In this document: positions 27,556 through 37,847 of the stretch, one piece after another
Position numbering within the stretch: the first letter of the stretch is position 1
How the letters are laid out: each line of letters starts with the position of its first letter
Origin: a virus
IMG/VR virus record: IMGVR_UViG_3300027741_000022
Span: 96,001-160,000 of that record
Length of the DNA stretch: 64,000 nucleotides
Reading direction: 5' to 3' (one strand)
The notes under the pieces: generated by a model
Seen by the model: only the letters and a program-made list of their open reading frames with translations
What the model was told of the DNA's origin: nothing
The model's database searches: none
Program-made: the position numbers and the translations under genes

Positions 27556-28089
27556 ATGAATTTATTTGCAAAAGAAGAAAAACTTGAAAAAGAACTGTCT
27601 GAAGTCAGGTTGGCAATACAAGAACAAGTTAGAACAGCTGGTGAACTACTACTTGATGAAGTTAAAGAAGAAATAAATTCGCTTAAGAATGCAAGTTTTT
27701 ATAATCAAGAAGAAACTATTGAGGTTAATGTAACCTACACAATAAAGAATTTTAAAATTCTTTACAGGGATTTGTTTGATTCAGATATATCATCTGTTGG
27801 TCAGTGTAAAGTAGAAATTAAACAAAAGCTAGGTTTGGGTTTGGGCATACAAGAAGAAGTTAAAAACACAATTGAAAATAATTTTGACGACCACAGGGTG
27901 TTTGAGTGGATTGGAATAAATTCAAAAGAACAAATTGGATGTATTTCTTCCAATACAAAGAAATTTATTGAAATGCATGAAAATTGTAGGCAAGATTTAA
28001 TCAAAAAAGCATCTTCTATTGGGAAGAAGTTAGGATTAACTACAGATGTAGTAAACAGGCTTCTAAAAAGTTATCTGGGGAGTGGATAA
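27556..28089 (+). CDS. hypothetical protein
   Basis: ORF. Confidence 0.7.
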   Translation: MNLFAKEEKLEKELSEVRLAIQEQVRTAGELLLDEVKEEINSLKNASFYNQEETIEVNVTYTIKNFKILYRDLFDSDISSVGQCKVEIKQKLGLGLGIQEEVKNTIENNFDDHRVFEWIGINSKEQIGCISSNTKKFIEMHENCRQDLIKKASSIGKKLGLTTDVVNRLLKSYLGSG

Positions 28090-28168
28090 ATGCAACTATA
28101 AACCGTAACTGATGATGCGGTTAGAGAATTTTAGAGAATGTTTCAATCAAAACCAGTAGGAGAATAAA

Positions 28169-28570
28169 ATGACTGATAAAATTTTTGAAGAATTAGATCA
28201 CATTTGTCATATTGCAGCAAATAAATTAAAGAGTAGACTTGGAGGAGGCAGAGATTTTACTGCTGCTGTTACATTTCGTAATTCTTTTCAAGATTTGAGT
28301 GGACAGACCCCTCTTTGGTCAATAACAATGCCAGACATTGATGGTAGAGAAATACTATTTAAAAAGCCAAATTATGATGAATTGATTGAAGAGTATAACG
28401 GAGAAAAAATAGAAGGTGGATACTACAATCATATTACATTAGACTTAACCGTATTTGGCGACAGTTATTCTGAGTGTTTTGAAGAATTCAAGCAAAAGAT
28501 CAACAATCTCCCAGAAGATGATAGCAGTTACCCAGATTTCAATAGTGGCGACATTATTCAATCTTTTTAA
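28169..28570 (+). CDS. hypothetical protein
   Basis: ORF, AGGAG RBS. Confidence 0.7.
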   Translation: MTDKIFEELDHICHIAANKLKSRLGGGRDFTAAVTFRNSFQDLSGQTPLWSITMPDIDGREILFKKPNYDELIEEYNGEKIEGGYYNHITLDLTVFGDSYSECFEEFKQKINNLPEDDSSYPDFNSGDIIQSF

Positions 28571-28581
28571 GGAATTTATTA

Positions 28582-28833
28582 GTGGATATCATTGAAATTG
28601 AAAACTTTGTTAAAGATAAAAGAAAAGTTGTAAAAGAATTTTTTGAAAATAATCCCGAAGAAAATGTTTTTACTGTTCTGTTTGAGCTTGTGGACAAGAA
28701 CCTAGATATTATCAACAAGTTCAAAAATGATTGTGAAAAATCTGGCGATGAGAAAGAAAAGGATCAGTTGAAGGATATGATCAAAAAAATGATGGACAGT
28801 GTTGTAAACAGTCTATCTGTTACCGTAGAATAG
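28582..28833 (+). CDS. hypothetical protein
   Basis: ORF. Confidence 0.6.
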   Translation: MDIIEIENFVKDKRKVVKEFFENNPEENVFTVLFELVDKNLDIINKFKNDCEKSGDEKEKDQLKDMIKKMMDSVVNSLSVTVE

Positions 28834-28843
28834 AAAGTTAAAA

Positions 28844-29383
28844 ATGACCACAAAAGAAACCATCAGAAATAAGATTCCTTTGCCTAACCATTCTTTGAGT
28901 GATTTGGCTGATTCTTTGGCGACAGCATCAAATATTGCCAAAGGACTAGGAATAGACATTTCGCAAATGGGTGCTTGGAGAAGGGTCATTATCTCCAATA
29001 CTTTGGGACATAGCCCAGTTACTGGTTCTGGTGAATCGCTGCTTGATGCTACCAAAGATGGAGTAAATTACTCTTATTTGTCGTCTCATTATGGAAAAAG
29101 AGCACAGATTTATATGGGAGCATCAACATTATCAGCACCAAGAAAAGATGTAACATTTATTTTGGCTTTTTTCTCAGATCACGATTCTTCCAAAATTCTT
29201 TCAATGTGGAGTTGTGATTCTGATACTATTTGGAAAGAAGTAGAAGAACAAGCAGCTAGAAAAGCTAGAAAAGCTAAATCTAAAACCAAGCCAAAATCAC
29301 AGTTGGCTTATTTTTCTGAGGCATGGCTTCGATCTAAGAAGGGCAAAGGCGCAGAATTAATTTTCAAAAACGAGAATCTTTAA
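28844..29383 (+). CDS. hypothetical protein, possibly degenerate restriction-endonuclease-like fold
   Basis: LGH.......LDA...G..YSY spacing weakly resembles PD-(D/E)XK. Confidence 0.4.
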   Translation: MTTKETIRNKIPLPNHSLSDLADSLATASNIAKGLGIDISQMGAWRRVIISNTLGHSPVTGSGESLLDATKDGVNYSYLSSHYGKRAQIYMGASTLSAPRKDVTFILAFFSDHDSSKILSMWSCDSDTIWKEVEEQAARKARKAKSKTKPKSQLAYFSEAWLRSKKGKGAELIFKNENL

Positions 29384-29384
29384 A

Positions 29385-29672
29385 ATGAAACTATACACCG
29401 TAACAGATAACAATATTGTGATTGAGTTTCTGAGTATTCAGCTAACTGATAAGCTTGAAGAAAAGGCAGAAATTATTGCTGCAAAAGGGTGGAAATTTTT
29501 CTTCAAAGAACAAGATAGTCTCACCGTTGTGGCATCTATGAAAGATGGTGTTGAGATTGGCGATAAATATCTTGGTTCCACAAGGATTGTAAAAAAAGAT
29601 GGCAATGTTCGCAAAGAAATCATACTGCTGGTGAATGAGACATTTCACGCAGTTGAAAATTCAGAGGATTAA
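29385..29672 (+). CDS. hypothetical protein
   Basis: ORF. Confidence 0.65.
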   Translation: MKLYTVTDNNIVIEFLSIQLTDKLEEKAEIIAAKGWKFFFKEQDSLTVVASMKDGVEIGDKYLGSTRIVKKDGNVRKEIILLVNETFHAVENSED

Positions 29673-29679
29673 AAGACAT

Positions 29680-30432
29680 ATGCCCACAACCAAAACTAAA
29701 ACCAAAACCAAACTTATAACCTTTGCAAATTTAGTAAATAATAAGCGTTACGCCACCATTCTTGCCAATTTAATTGAAGGTAAGATTTCCAAAGAAGAGT
29801 TTTTGAGCAAAGAAATTTATACAAGTATTAAAAAATCAATTCTTCTTGGAAGTTTTGAAGAAGAAAATGATGATCTCAAGCAAATTTCATCAAAGTTTCT
29901 TGAAGTCCTTAAAATAAAAGACAAAGATTCTCTCAAAAAGTTTACTGACAGTGTTAATGATGAATATTTTAGAGAGAACGCAACTGTTGAGAATGCTTTG
30001 ATAACTTTTCTGAAAAGCGTTATTGGTACCGACTTTGCCACTCACAAAGACTCAAGACTCTTTAAGCCTCAAAAGTTTTTAACAAAGTTATTAGGTGATA
30101 AAGAATTTATTGAACAAGTGGAAAAAGATAAAAAGCATATAGTTTCATTTCAAAAATTTCTCCAAGAAATTCCATCTAACTTTAAAAGGTTTGTGAACAT
30201 TGGTTGGTGGGATGACACGTATCTAAACGGAGATTATAATGCGTTAAAAAAACTTCTTGATAATGCTTTGAAAGACTGCGACAAATGGATTGAAGAGGAA
30301 AAAAATGGACTAAACCTAGCCTCTGTAGACTCAGAGTGTATTAGTATTTCTGGCTCTACTGGACAAAGCGATAGCTGGGAAGAATGGAAGTATATTTTCC
30401 CAAATACTTACAAGTATCTTTATGACGTTTAA
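29680..30432 (+). CDS. hypothetical protein
   Basis: ORF. Confidence 0.7.
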   Translation: MPTTKTKTKTKLITFANLVNNKRYATILANLIEGKISKEEFLSKEIYTSIKKSILLGSFEEENDDLKQISSKFLEVLKIKDKDSLKKFTDSVNDEYFRENATVENALITFLKSVIGTDFATHKDSRLFKPQKFLTKLLGDKEFIEQVEKDKKHIVSFQKFLQEIPSNFKRFVNIGWWDDTYLNGDYNALKKLLDNALKDCDKWIEEEKNGLNLASVDSECISISGSTGQSDSWEEWKYIFPNTYKYLYDV

Positions 30433-30454
30433 AACCTAGGATAAGCAATAAGCA

Positions 30455-31063
30455 ATGACTACTACAACAATTAATCTCCCAAGTTGGTTCAAATATACTC
30501 TCGATGACTTTACTAATAAAAATAGTGAAGTTTGGTTTCATATAAAAAACGAACTTGAATTCGATGAAATAGTCGATCTGTATGCCAGCTGTAAATCAGA
30601 CAAAGAAATAACTGATAGCTTGATTGAAGTTCTTTATGAAGAATTTCCCAAGTATGAAGACGATATAAATAATTTTGTCGGCACAGATAAGCACCTTCTT
30701 CTTTCTTTCGACAAAGAAACAAGTGAATTTATTAATCATTGTATCACAAGAAACAACCTGGGACAGGTTGTAAAAGAAGACTTTAGGACTTTTAATGAAG
30801 TCGAGGAATCATTAAAAAATTGCATAGAAGTTTGCAAAAAAGTCAAAATTAACCTTGAAGGCATTGTTGATTTTGAATTCTTCACCAAAGCAAAAGAGTG
30901 TGGCGAGCTTTGGATCAAAGAGAAAAAGATATTTGATTCCGGTGATATTTCCGGTGATTATGAAGTGAATAAATTAATGAATCTTTTTCCAAAAACATTC
31001 GAATATGTTATGAAACATAAATTGGGTTGGGATTTGGGCGGTTGGTCTGGTGGATACGAATGA
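30455..31063 (+). CDS. hypothetical protein, paralog of 26040-26609
   Basis: similar along whole length. Confidence 0.7.
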   Translation: MTTTTINLPSWFKYTLDDFTNKNSEVWFHIKNELEFDEIVDLYASCKSDKEITDSLIEVLYEEFPKYEDDINNFVGTDKHLLLSFDKETSEFINHCITRNNLGQVVKEDFRTFNEVEESLKNCIEVCKKVKINLEGIVDFEFFTKAKECGELWIKEKKIFDSGDISGDYEVNKLMNLFPKTFEYVMKHKLGWDLGGWSGGYE

Positions 31064-31392
31064 AAATCAAACTCTTAGTTTGGTGTGAAGGCATTTTGCC
31101 AGAGCAATTTGAAGAAACTGATGACTTCACGGTAAGTGAGAATTTCGATGATTTTGTTGTCAGAGAAGTAAACAACAACAATCTTCTTCAAAGTTTTGAA
31201 AAAGATAGTCCATTAAACAAAATGAAATCTATCGAGTTTGAAGTTCCAGACGATCTTGATAGGCAGTTAATCTTTAATATTTGCTGGGGAAAGGCATGTG
31301 ATATGTGGTTTGATCACCAAATAGATGTTTATCAAGATTACTTGCTGAATTGGACTTTTGTGGAAAAAGATGGAAAGTGGGAGAAATTTTAA
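31060..31392 (+). CDS. hypothetical protein
   Basis: ORF. Confidence 0.65.
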   Translation: MKIKLLVWCEGILPEQFEETDDFTVSENFDDFVVREVNNNNLLQSFEKDSPLNKMKSIEFEVPDDLDRQLIFNICWGKACDMWFDHQIDVYQDYLLNWTFVEKDGKWEKF

Positions 31393-31799
31393 TGTACATG
31401 ATTTTTAAAGAAACTTATGACGGCTGTGAAGATCGTGTGCATTTGCATCATTATGAGTATCTATCGAACCATCAAGATAGGAATGCTTTTAGCAATGCTG
31501 GTCTTTGGGCTTCCGTAGAAGAAGCTGCCGTTAATATGTTTCTGAGTGGAAGTTTGGAGCGAAGAAGGTTTGATATGTTTGCTGATTTGCAAGAGGCAAC
31601 AAACATTTTGAATGTTTTCCAAAATCAATTGATTGAAGAATATAGAGAAACCCTTCCAGAAGCAAGAGAAGAAATAAACTTCTACGTTGTCAGGATCAAT
31701 ACCAGAGATGTTGTTAAGGTTGTTCCTAATGAGTTTGTTGAAATTTCTGCACGGACAGAAAACGCAAATTGGGAAGATATTCCTTATGATGGAGTTTAA
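31392..31799 (+). CDS. hypothetical protein
   Basis: ORF. Confidence 0.65.
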   Translation: MYMIFKETYDGCEDRVHLHHYEYLSNHQDRNAFSNAGLWASVEEAAVNMFLSGSLERRRFDMFADLQEATNILNVFQNQLIEEYRETLPEAREEINFYVVRINTRDVVKVVPNEFVEISARTENANWEDIPYDGV

Positions 31800-32204
31800 A
31801 TGACACCCGAACTAACTGACAAGCTAATATCAAAATACCCAGATCAGTTTAAAAACCTCAAGGGTATTGAGTGTGATGATGGTTGGTATAAAATACTAGA
31901 CAAGCTGTTTTATATTGTAACTAATCGTCTTGACTATAAAAACAGACTAAATGAACCTTTGGATTTTGGTTGGACTCAGCTTAAAGAAAAATTTGGTTCT
32001 TTAAGAGCTTATTGCCATGGCTCTGATGATTATATCAAAGGAGCAATTGAAATGGCAGAAAGCGTGAGTTGCATGACTTGCGAAGTTACTGGAGAAAAGG
32101 GTAAACTTCGCAAGAAAAAGATTGACGAGGCTGGTGAAATTGTCCCAGCTTGGTTAAAAACTCTTTGCGATAGTGAAGCACAAAAGCAAGGTTATGTTTT
32201 ATGA
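31800..32204 (+). CDS. conserved phage hypothetical protein
   Basis: ECDDGW...QLKEKFGSLR.Y...TCEVTG pattern common in phages. Confidence 0.65.
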   Translation: MTPELTDKLISKYPDQFKNLKGIECDDGWYKILDKLFYIVTNRLDYKNRLNEPLDFGWTQLKEKFGSLRAYCHGSDDYIKGAIEMAESVSCMTCEVTGEKGKLRKKKIDEAGEIVPAWLKTLCDSEAQKQGYVL

Positions 32205-32473
32205 AAGATCTCCACAAACATCTTTTGACGATCATTCAAAAACTCCCCACAGATTATAAGCCTTGGGGAAGTGTCGAAAGATGGGAATATGACGATCAAA
32301 GTTACCCAGATTGTTCAAGTGGCTGCAAACACTACTTGATTTTAGAGGGCGACTTAGGCTATGATTGGGGTGTTTGCAGCAATAAAAATTCGCCCCGAGC
32401 TGGTCTTTTAACTTTTGAGCATCAAGCAGGATATGGATGCTTTGAACAAGAAAAAGACGAAGAAACAGCTTAA
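32201..32473 (+). CDS. DUF3027-like Cys-rich protein
   Basis: C..CKHY..L.G.LG.DWGVC.N..SPRAG. Confidence 0.5.
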   Translation: MKDLHKHLLTIIQKLPTDYKPWGSVERWEYDDQSYPDCSSGCKHYLILEGDLGYDWGVCSNKNSPRAGLLTFEHQAGYGCFEQEKDEETA

Positions 32474-32526
32474 AAATTTATCTTTTGCACACTAAATAAG
32501 ATGCAACGTTTTAGAAAGGTGTGGCA

Positions 32527-33150
32527 ATGGTAAATTTTTACGAAATGTCTCTTTTACTTGAAGGTAAATTTCTTTATACAAATGATGCTGAGAAAATACA
32601 AAAAATATTATCCTCGGTCTTTCGTGATTTATCATCTTTATATCATGCTCATTACCATTTTGATGTGCTAGATTCAGACACAAGGAAAACACTAGCGGAT
32701 TATGAGGATGTTAAAAATCATGGAGATCGCTTAAGGAGTTATACCCCAGATGCGCATGACATGATAGAAAAAGATTTACTAGACAAATTCGGTGCAGAAA
32801 AATTATCTCGGGTGAGAAATTTTAAACCTCAAGCCTTAAAGTATAAAAATGTTCCTTTTGCCAACCCACCAGATTTTAAAAATAATTCACACAAGGTGAT
32901 TGAATATACAAATAGTGAACTTAAACAAATGAATTCTGGATTCGCATTAGAAATACTAAAGTCGGAAGGTTTTGCTAGTCAAGCAATAGATTTCATAATC
33001 AATCCATCAAATGTATCAAGTTTGCTCCAAAAAGAAGATTTCGACACACTGTTGAATACTATCAAGCAAGCAGAACAAGATTTGATCAAATATGTAAACC
33101 AAAATGGTGGACATTTATATTCACAAATAAAAGATCAAAGATCCCACTGA
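32527..33150 (+). CDS. hypothetical protein with capsid-targeting-like N-terminus (VNFYEMSLLLE)
   Basis: ORF; CTAAATA 30 nt upstream. Confidence 0.6.
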   Translation: MVNFYEMSLLLEGKFLYTNDAEKIQKILSSVFRDLSSLYHAHYHFDVLDSDTRKTLADYEDVKNHGDRLRSYTPDAHDMIEKDLLDKFGAEKLSRVRNFKPQALKYKNVPFANPPDFKNNSHKVIEYTNSELKQMNSGFALEILKSEGFASQAIDFIINPSNVSSLLQKEDFDTLLNTIKQAEQDLIKYVNQNGGHLYSQIKDQRSH

Positions 33151-33156
33151 TTTTGC

Positions 33157-33456
33157 ATGAATATTTCTAATAAGAAACTTCTCGATAGTTTTGTAAACTA
33201 TCGAATAGTTCGTAAAGAAGGAAGACTTATTAAAGCTGGTGATCTTCTTTTTAAAGATGGCTGGTGGTTGAGTCAACACAAAATGAAAATTAATCGATTG
33301 CCACTCGACTTAGACAAGGATTGGCAAACGGTTCGTAGAACTGTTCACTCATATTACGCCGATGGTTCTACAGATGTTGATTTATTTTTTGATTTTGGAA
33401 CTGTTCAAATTAATGGTCAAAATTGGTATGATGTGAAAGAGCTTTGTGAAAACTAA
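33157..33456 (+). CDS. hypothetical protein (KKLLDSF)
   Basis: ORF. Confidence 0.65.
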   Translation: MNISNKKLLDSFVNYRIVRKEGRLIKAGDLLFKDGWWLSQHKMKINRLPLDLDKDWQTVRRTVHSYYADGSTDVDLFFDFGTVQINGQNWYDVKELCEN

Positions 33457-33763
33457 AAACAAAAAACTTCTTGGTGCATTTGTAGATATCTCAGATAATT
33501 TTCGCAAATGGGTTTTGGAAAACATTTGCTATCACTATAGTCATTCCGATGAAGAAGCTCTTTTTAGAACGCTTGCTAAAAACACTGAAGATGAGGATTA
33601 TTTTTTGTATGTATCTGGGCGACTTTATTTTGGCAACAAAAATAAGATTGAGAAAGCCCTTAATAAAAAAATTAACGAGTTTTCTCAATACAACTTTTTT
33701 ATTTATGATCTTAAAAAAGACAAACAAGTCTGCACCAAATTAGCAATTGTGGAGTCAACTTAG
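33446..33763 (+). CDS. hypothetical protein (KKLLGAF)
   Basis: ORF. Confidence 0.6.
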   Translation: MKTKNKKLLGAFVDISDNFRKWVLENICYHYSHSDEEALFRTLAKNTEDEDYFLYVSGRLYFGNKNKIEKALNKKINEFSQYNFFIYDLKKDKQVCTKLAIVEST

Positions 33764-33765
33764 AA

Positions 33766-33999
33766 ATGAGTTTACTCGACAGCTTTGATAATAATAAAAA
33801 GCGTTGCAGAGATTGCGGAGAATATTTTGATGCTACCATAAGCAAGATAAACACGATGATTGGTCTTTGTGGCAGGTGCTTTAAGAAGGTTTTCTCAGAA
33901 TTTAAAAAGCCAATTGATAAAAAATACGAATTAAACAAAAAGGCTAATTTGTTAAACAAGTATTCTTACTATAATTACAAGTGGTTTAAAAATGAGTGA
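33766..33999 (+). CDS. zinc-finger-like protein (SLLDSF)
   Basis: CRDC / CGRC. Confidence 0.6.
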   Translation: MSLLDSFDNNKKRCRDCGEYFDATISKINTMIGLCGRCFKKVFSEFKKPIDKKYELNKKANLLNKYSYYNYKWFKNE

Positions 34000-34183
34000 A
34001 TACACCAAAGCCAGTATTGTTAAAATTCTGCAGGATGATCGTCAAAGAATATACGACGAATATATTGAACTAAAGTCTAAATTGGATGAGATAGACTCTC
34101 TAATTGTGTCTTTTTTACCTATTTGCGAAGAAGAAGATTAATATACTATATTAAGTTGGTAATTTGCAACAAAAGGAGTTGTA

Positions 34184-34555
34184 ATGCTAACTTATGGTCA
34201 TTTGTTCAAATATATTGCTGAAAATCTCGATAGCAAAAGCGGACTATACATAGGCAACTTTTATTTTACAGAAACTTTTTGTAAAGAAAATGGTCTTGAC
34301 AGCCAGAGAATAGTTCTTATCCTCTATGACTTTGGCGGTCACAACGATGTTGAAATTATACACAATGTGGTGGGAAAAATCCGTCCCGAAATAGAATTAG
34401 ACGCCGAAGTTGAAACACCTGTTGAATATGCACTTAGAAACAGTCTTTATTGCAGATGGCATGAAGGAATGTGGGTGCGTTGCAAAAAAGGCGATAAGGG
34501 CGCAAAAGCAGATTTAAACTTGGCTCACATAAGAATGTTCGGAAAAAATGGATAA
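34184..34555 (+). CDS. hypothetical protein
   Basis: ORF, AAGGAG RBS. Confidence 0.65.
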   Translation: MLTYGHLFKYIAENLDSKSGLYIGNFYFTETFCKENGLDSQRIVLILYDFGGHNDVEIIHNVVGKIRPEIELDAEVETPVEYALRNSLYCRWHEGMWVRCKKGDKGAKADLNLAHIRMFGKNG

Positions 34556-34937
34556 AAAGCTTCTTGATTCTTTTGTAGAACCAGAAACTCTTATCAAAGA
34601 TGCCGCAGAAAAAGACTGCATAAAAATTCAGAAATTTCTTAAACAAAGAATTCGTGTGTTAGACGGCTGTAGGCTTGACAGAAAAGAAATCAAATGTTTA
34701 AGAAACACACTCAAATCTCTTGAAGTTATGATTGAAAATCCCTCAGCTGTGACCAAAAACAAATGGTATATGTTTGCTGCAGGCTGTGACTTGGATGTTC
34801 AGACTTTTAGAGGATTTTTAAGAGAGTTTGCATTTGAAACTACTGAAGCTCTTGTGAACCAAAAAATTACGGTTGAATGTCGAACTGGGTCTGATGAGGA
34901 TGCCGACAACTCATTAATAGTTGAATGTGCAAGGTAG
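34548..34937 (+). CDS. hypothetical protein (KKLLDSF)
   Basis: ORF. Confidence 0.65.
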   Translation: MDKKLLDSFVEPETLIKDAAEKDCIKIQKFLKQRIRVLDGCRLDRKEIKCLRNTLKSLEVMIENPSAVTKNKWYMFAAGCDLDVQTFRGFLREFAFETTEALVNQKITVECRTGSDEDADNSLIVECAR

Positions 34938-34954
34938 TTTCTTCCTGGTACGCT
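34937..34954 (+). promoter_or_regulatory. conserved promoter-like motif copy 7
   Basis: GTTTCTTCCTGGTACGCT. Confidence 0.65.
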
Positions 34955-35000
34955 GTTGTGGTGTAGGGATTCTGTATTCACCAAGGAAAAGGAGACAAAA

Positions 35001-35159
35001 ATGTCTATTGATAATCAGATGGGTGTTATTGTTGCCGGCGGCGGCATCAATGTTGATGCTTGGGTTGCTATGATGAAGAATGAGCCGAAGGCTAAGGTTG
35101 GCAGTCCTATTACCGTTGAGAACGGTGTTCAGATTGTTCCTATTGTTAAGGCTAACTGA
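35001..35159 (+). CDS. hypothetical protein
   Basis: ORF, AAGGAG RBS. Confidence 0.6.
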   Translation: MSIDNQMGVIVAGGGINVDAWVAMMKNEPKAKVGSPITVENGVQIVPIVKAN

Positions 35160-35170
35160 TTAAGGTTTAT

Positions 35171-35515
35171 ATGACAAGCGAGAATGTTGTTGTAATTTCT
35201 TGGTATGGCGGTGTTGTTGAACAGGTTTTCTTTGAATCAAGGGAAGATGCTATCAAGCGTTGTTTGTCTCACAATATGAGTGAGCTTCATTATTCTGACC
35301 AACTTGATGATGAAACCAAGGAAGTCATAAATAAAATCTTGGAATTGATGAAGTCTGATAAGTGGGACGAAGCTAATAGTTTGTGGCATGATGAGAATAT
35401 GTGGGAATTGGATTATCAGTATTCTCATCAAATGGAATGGCGTCCTATTGACAAGCCGGAGAGTCTCGAAACAGCTTTGGCTTGGCTAAAGACTGATCAG
35501 GTTAAAAGCACATGA
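35171..35515 (+). CDS. hypothetical protein
   Basis: ORF. Confidence 0.65.
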   Translation: MTSENVVVISWYGGVVEQVFFESREDAIKRCLSHNMSELHYSDQLDDETKEVINKILELMKSDKWDEANSLWHDENMWELDYQYSHQMEWRPIDKPESLETALAWLKTDQVKST

Positions 35516-35721
35516 CTTCCATCGTAGTTAAAAACGGCATGAGGTTGTGTCAAGACAATCTGCTTCGTAAGTTTGCAAACTTTGGGACATTTCCTGAGTG
35601 TGTTAAGATTTACAAAAGCTATGGTTGGGCTGAAAAAGCTGCCAATAAGATTGGTGGCGAGATTGTGATTCTTGACGCAGAAAGCTATATGGACGCCAGT
35701 GGCGATGTAATTAAGGTTTGA
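35512..35721 (+). CDS. hypothetical protein
   Basis: ORF. Confidence 0.6.
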   Translation: MTSIVVKNGMRLCQDNLLRKFANFGTFPECVKIYKSYGWAEKAANKIGGEIVILDAESYMDASGDVIKV

Positions 35722-35739
35722 AAAGAAAGTTTTTAAAAA

Positions 35740-35946
35740 ATGAATTGGCTTGGTACACAACTTGATCTTAAGACTGACGATGGTGAATTGAATGAGACTC
35801 GATACGGCGAGTTGATGAACAACCTAAATCCCAGTAGTTTGTGTGAGTTTTTTCGTGAAATTGGACTCACCGCTAATGAAACTAAGAGTCTTTTGATTAA
35901 AACTCTTTATGAAGTTGAGACTAATTCTGGTGATTTCGGTACTTGA
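35740..35946 (+). CDS. hypothetical protein
   Basis: ORF. Confidence 0.6.
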   Translation: MNWLGTQLDLKTDDGELNETRYGELMNNLNPSSLCEFFREIGLTANETKSLLIKTLYEVETNSGDFGT

Positions 35947-36269
35947 AGGCACTTAAAATGGAATGGCTAAGTTATTTTGGTTATCGCCGTCCTATTAATG
36001 GACAAAAGATTTTCTATTATGGCGAACATATTGGGGTTTGGCGTGGAACATATAGCTATGATCCAAATGATCCAGTTAGCCCTCATCGCATGATTTGCAG
36101 TGAAAGAGATAAGGAAACTGATGAAGTCCTTTCTCAATACGGTTTATCTAATCTGACTATGATTGTGGATCGTAGCGATTGTCCTTGGTGGATGGCTGAT
36201 GATGGTCAAGAAAAACCATTAAAGCCTAGTGAGCCTTATCCAAAGGATTATCCTTCACAAAAGAATTAA
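35943..36269 (+). CDS. hypothetical protein
   Basis: ORF. Confidence 0.6.
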   Translation: MKALKMEWLSYFGYRRPINGQKIFYYGEHIGVWRGTYSYDPNDPVSPHRMICSERDKETDEVLSQYGLSNLTMIVDRSDCPWWMADDGQEKPLKPSEPYPKDYPSQKN

Positions 36270-36284
36270 ACAGAAAGGTTAAAA

Positions 36285-36698
36285 ATGACTATTAAATCTA
36301 AAGAGTTGGGTATTATTTCGGTAGATGCTGGTGATGTGGTTTGTTTTAGTATGGACCGTTGTCTGGATATTGCCAAACGTCTTAACATGAGCGTTGATAA
36401 TTTTATTGGAAACTTTAGTGGCGTAAAGTGCGAGTTTAGTTCAGACGGTGTTTATGGTGTGAATAAAGTAACTGCCGTAGATCTCGTCGGTTCGACTTGC
36501 GACATGGTGTTAATTGGTGGTGCTGTAACCAAAAATCTTCGTAGGTTCCTGAAAGAAGGTGAGCAGGATTTCAATGAGTTCATGGATTCTCATCCTCGAA
36601 ACGGAGAGATTGGTTTCGGCAAGGAATTCAATAGGGAACTGTTTGCTGAAATTGCATATGAACATCGTCGGCAACTGCTTGATAATCCGTCCTGTTAA
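36285..36698 (+). CDS. hypothetical protein
   Basis: ORF. Confidence 0.65.
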   Translation: MTIKSKELGIISVDAGDVVCFSMDRCLDIAKRLNMSVDNFIGNFSGVKCEFSSDGVYGVNKVTAVDLVGSTCDMVLIGGAVTKNLRRFLKEGEQDFNEFMDSHPRNGEIGFGKEFNRELFAEIAYEHRRQLLDNPSC

Positions 36699-36746
36699 AT
36701 CTTGATACCAATTTTGATCAAATGATAAAGATCGAGAAGTTACATC

Positions 36747-37118
36747 ATGAAAATCGTTGAACAACAAATGATGGATGCTGTTGTTAATAAACACAGCGTT
36801 CGTCTTGGAACCACCCATGTAAATTATGAAGGTGGTGTTTCCAAGGTTTATTTTTACGGCACTCAAATTGCCGAAGTCACAGATAAAACTGTGAGGATTA
36901 GGAATTGTGGACACACAACTTCTACAACAAAAAGTAGACTCAACGCTATTCTTTTGAGTCTTGTTGATGATAAGTGGATTTATCAAAAAAATAATGTTTG
37001 GTATATCTCTGGCAATCCCGGCTATCGTTTTGATAGTGCTTTTCTCAAAGGAGTTGAAGGCGAGTGGATTGAATTTTCAAATGATTTTCTTTTAAAATCA
37101 TTTGTTCAACAGGATTGA
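36747..37118 (+). CDS. conserved phage hypothetical protein
   Basis: YGTQIA...G.TT.TTKSRLNAIL...IYQKN..WY pattern. Confidence 0.65.
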   Translation: MKIVEQQMMDAVVNKHSVRLGTTHVNYEGGVSKVYFYGTQIAEVTDKTVRIRNCGHTTSTTKSRLNAILLSLVDDKWIYQKNNVWYISGNPGYRFDSAFLKGVEGEWIEFSNDFLLKSFVQQD

Positions 37119-37148
37119 TTTAATTTTGCCTTCAGCTATAATATTGGC

Positions 37149-37457
37149 ATGAAAGCAATTTTAATTGATCCTCACGAAAATACCGTTGATATCGTTGAAT
37201 ACAACGGAGATCATCGCCACCTAAACAATTTGGTAGACAGTGACAGATTCACAAAGGTGAAGCTGGAGAATAAAGATGTTCTCTATGTCAATTGTCGCCC
37301 TGTAATCAACAAATACACAAGATACTTTTCGATAGAAGGAAAAGAGTTTGCAGGACTAGGACTGATACTTGGCGATAAAGAATCTGATGTTGTTCATACT
37401 GTTGACTATTATAAAAAAGCAGTAAGTATGCACAGCAAAATATTCCAAATGAAGTAA
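37149..37457 (+). CDS. DUF3846-like protein
   Basis: MKAILIDP...DVLYVN...FAG.GLILG. Confidence 0.55.
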   Translation: MKAILIDPHENTVDIVEYNGDHRHLNNLVDSDRFTKVKLENKDVLYVNCRPVINKYTRYFSIEGKEFAGLGLILGDKESDVVHTVDYYKKAVSMHSKIFQMK

Positions 37458-37471
37458 ACAAGGAGGTTTAT

Positions 37472-37654
37472 ATGTATGTTCTTGTGACAACTGATGATCT
37501 CGATAAGGTTAATTATTACGGACCTTTTAACGATCCAGAAGAAGCGTTTGAGTGGGGAGTTAATAAATTTGATACTTCTCACACGCTTTCTACTCATTTC
37601 ATTAATCCTCCATCAAAGAAGGATTATTTCGTTTATAACCCGGAGCTTAACTAA
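37472..37654 (+). CDS. hypothetical protein
   Basis: ORF, AAGGAGG RBS. Confidence 0.65.
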   Translation: MYVLVTTDDLDKVNYYGPFNDPEEAFEWGVNKFDTSHTLSTHFINPPSKKDYFVYNPELN

Positions 37655-37655
37655 C

Positions 37656-37847
37656 ATGAAATTTCAAGATCTTCAAAGGTTTTGTCTTGAGCGTGGATAT
37701 ACTGTTAAGCGTATTGAAAAGCATTATGAGTGGAAGCGAAATATGGATTCCACAATTGGTATTGCTGATACATTGATTGAAACTCAGAAAGAAATTCTTA
37801 AAGATATAGAGCACATTAAAAATCATGACGTTTGCCAAGCTAATTAA
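37656..37847 (+). CDS. hypothetical protein, tandem family member
   Basis: MKFQDLQRFC.ERGY similar to next two genes. Confidence 0.6.
   Translation: MKFQDLQRFCLERGYTVKRIEKHYEWKRNMDSTIGIADTLIETQKEILKDIEHIKNHDVCQAN

Noticed and set aside
28844-29383. Active type II restriction endonuclease
   Set aside because: Only a weak spacing resemblance; the expected (D/E)xK residues read YSYLS and no cognate methylase is adjacent.
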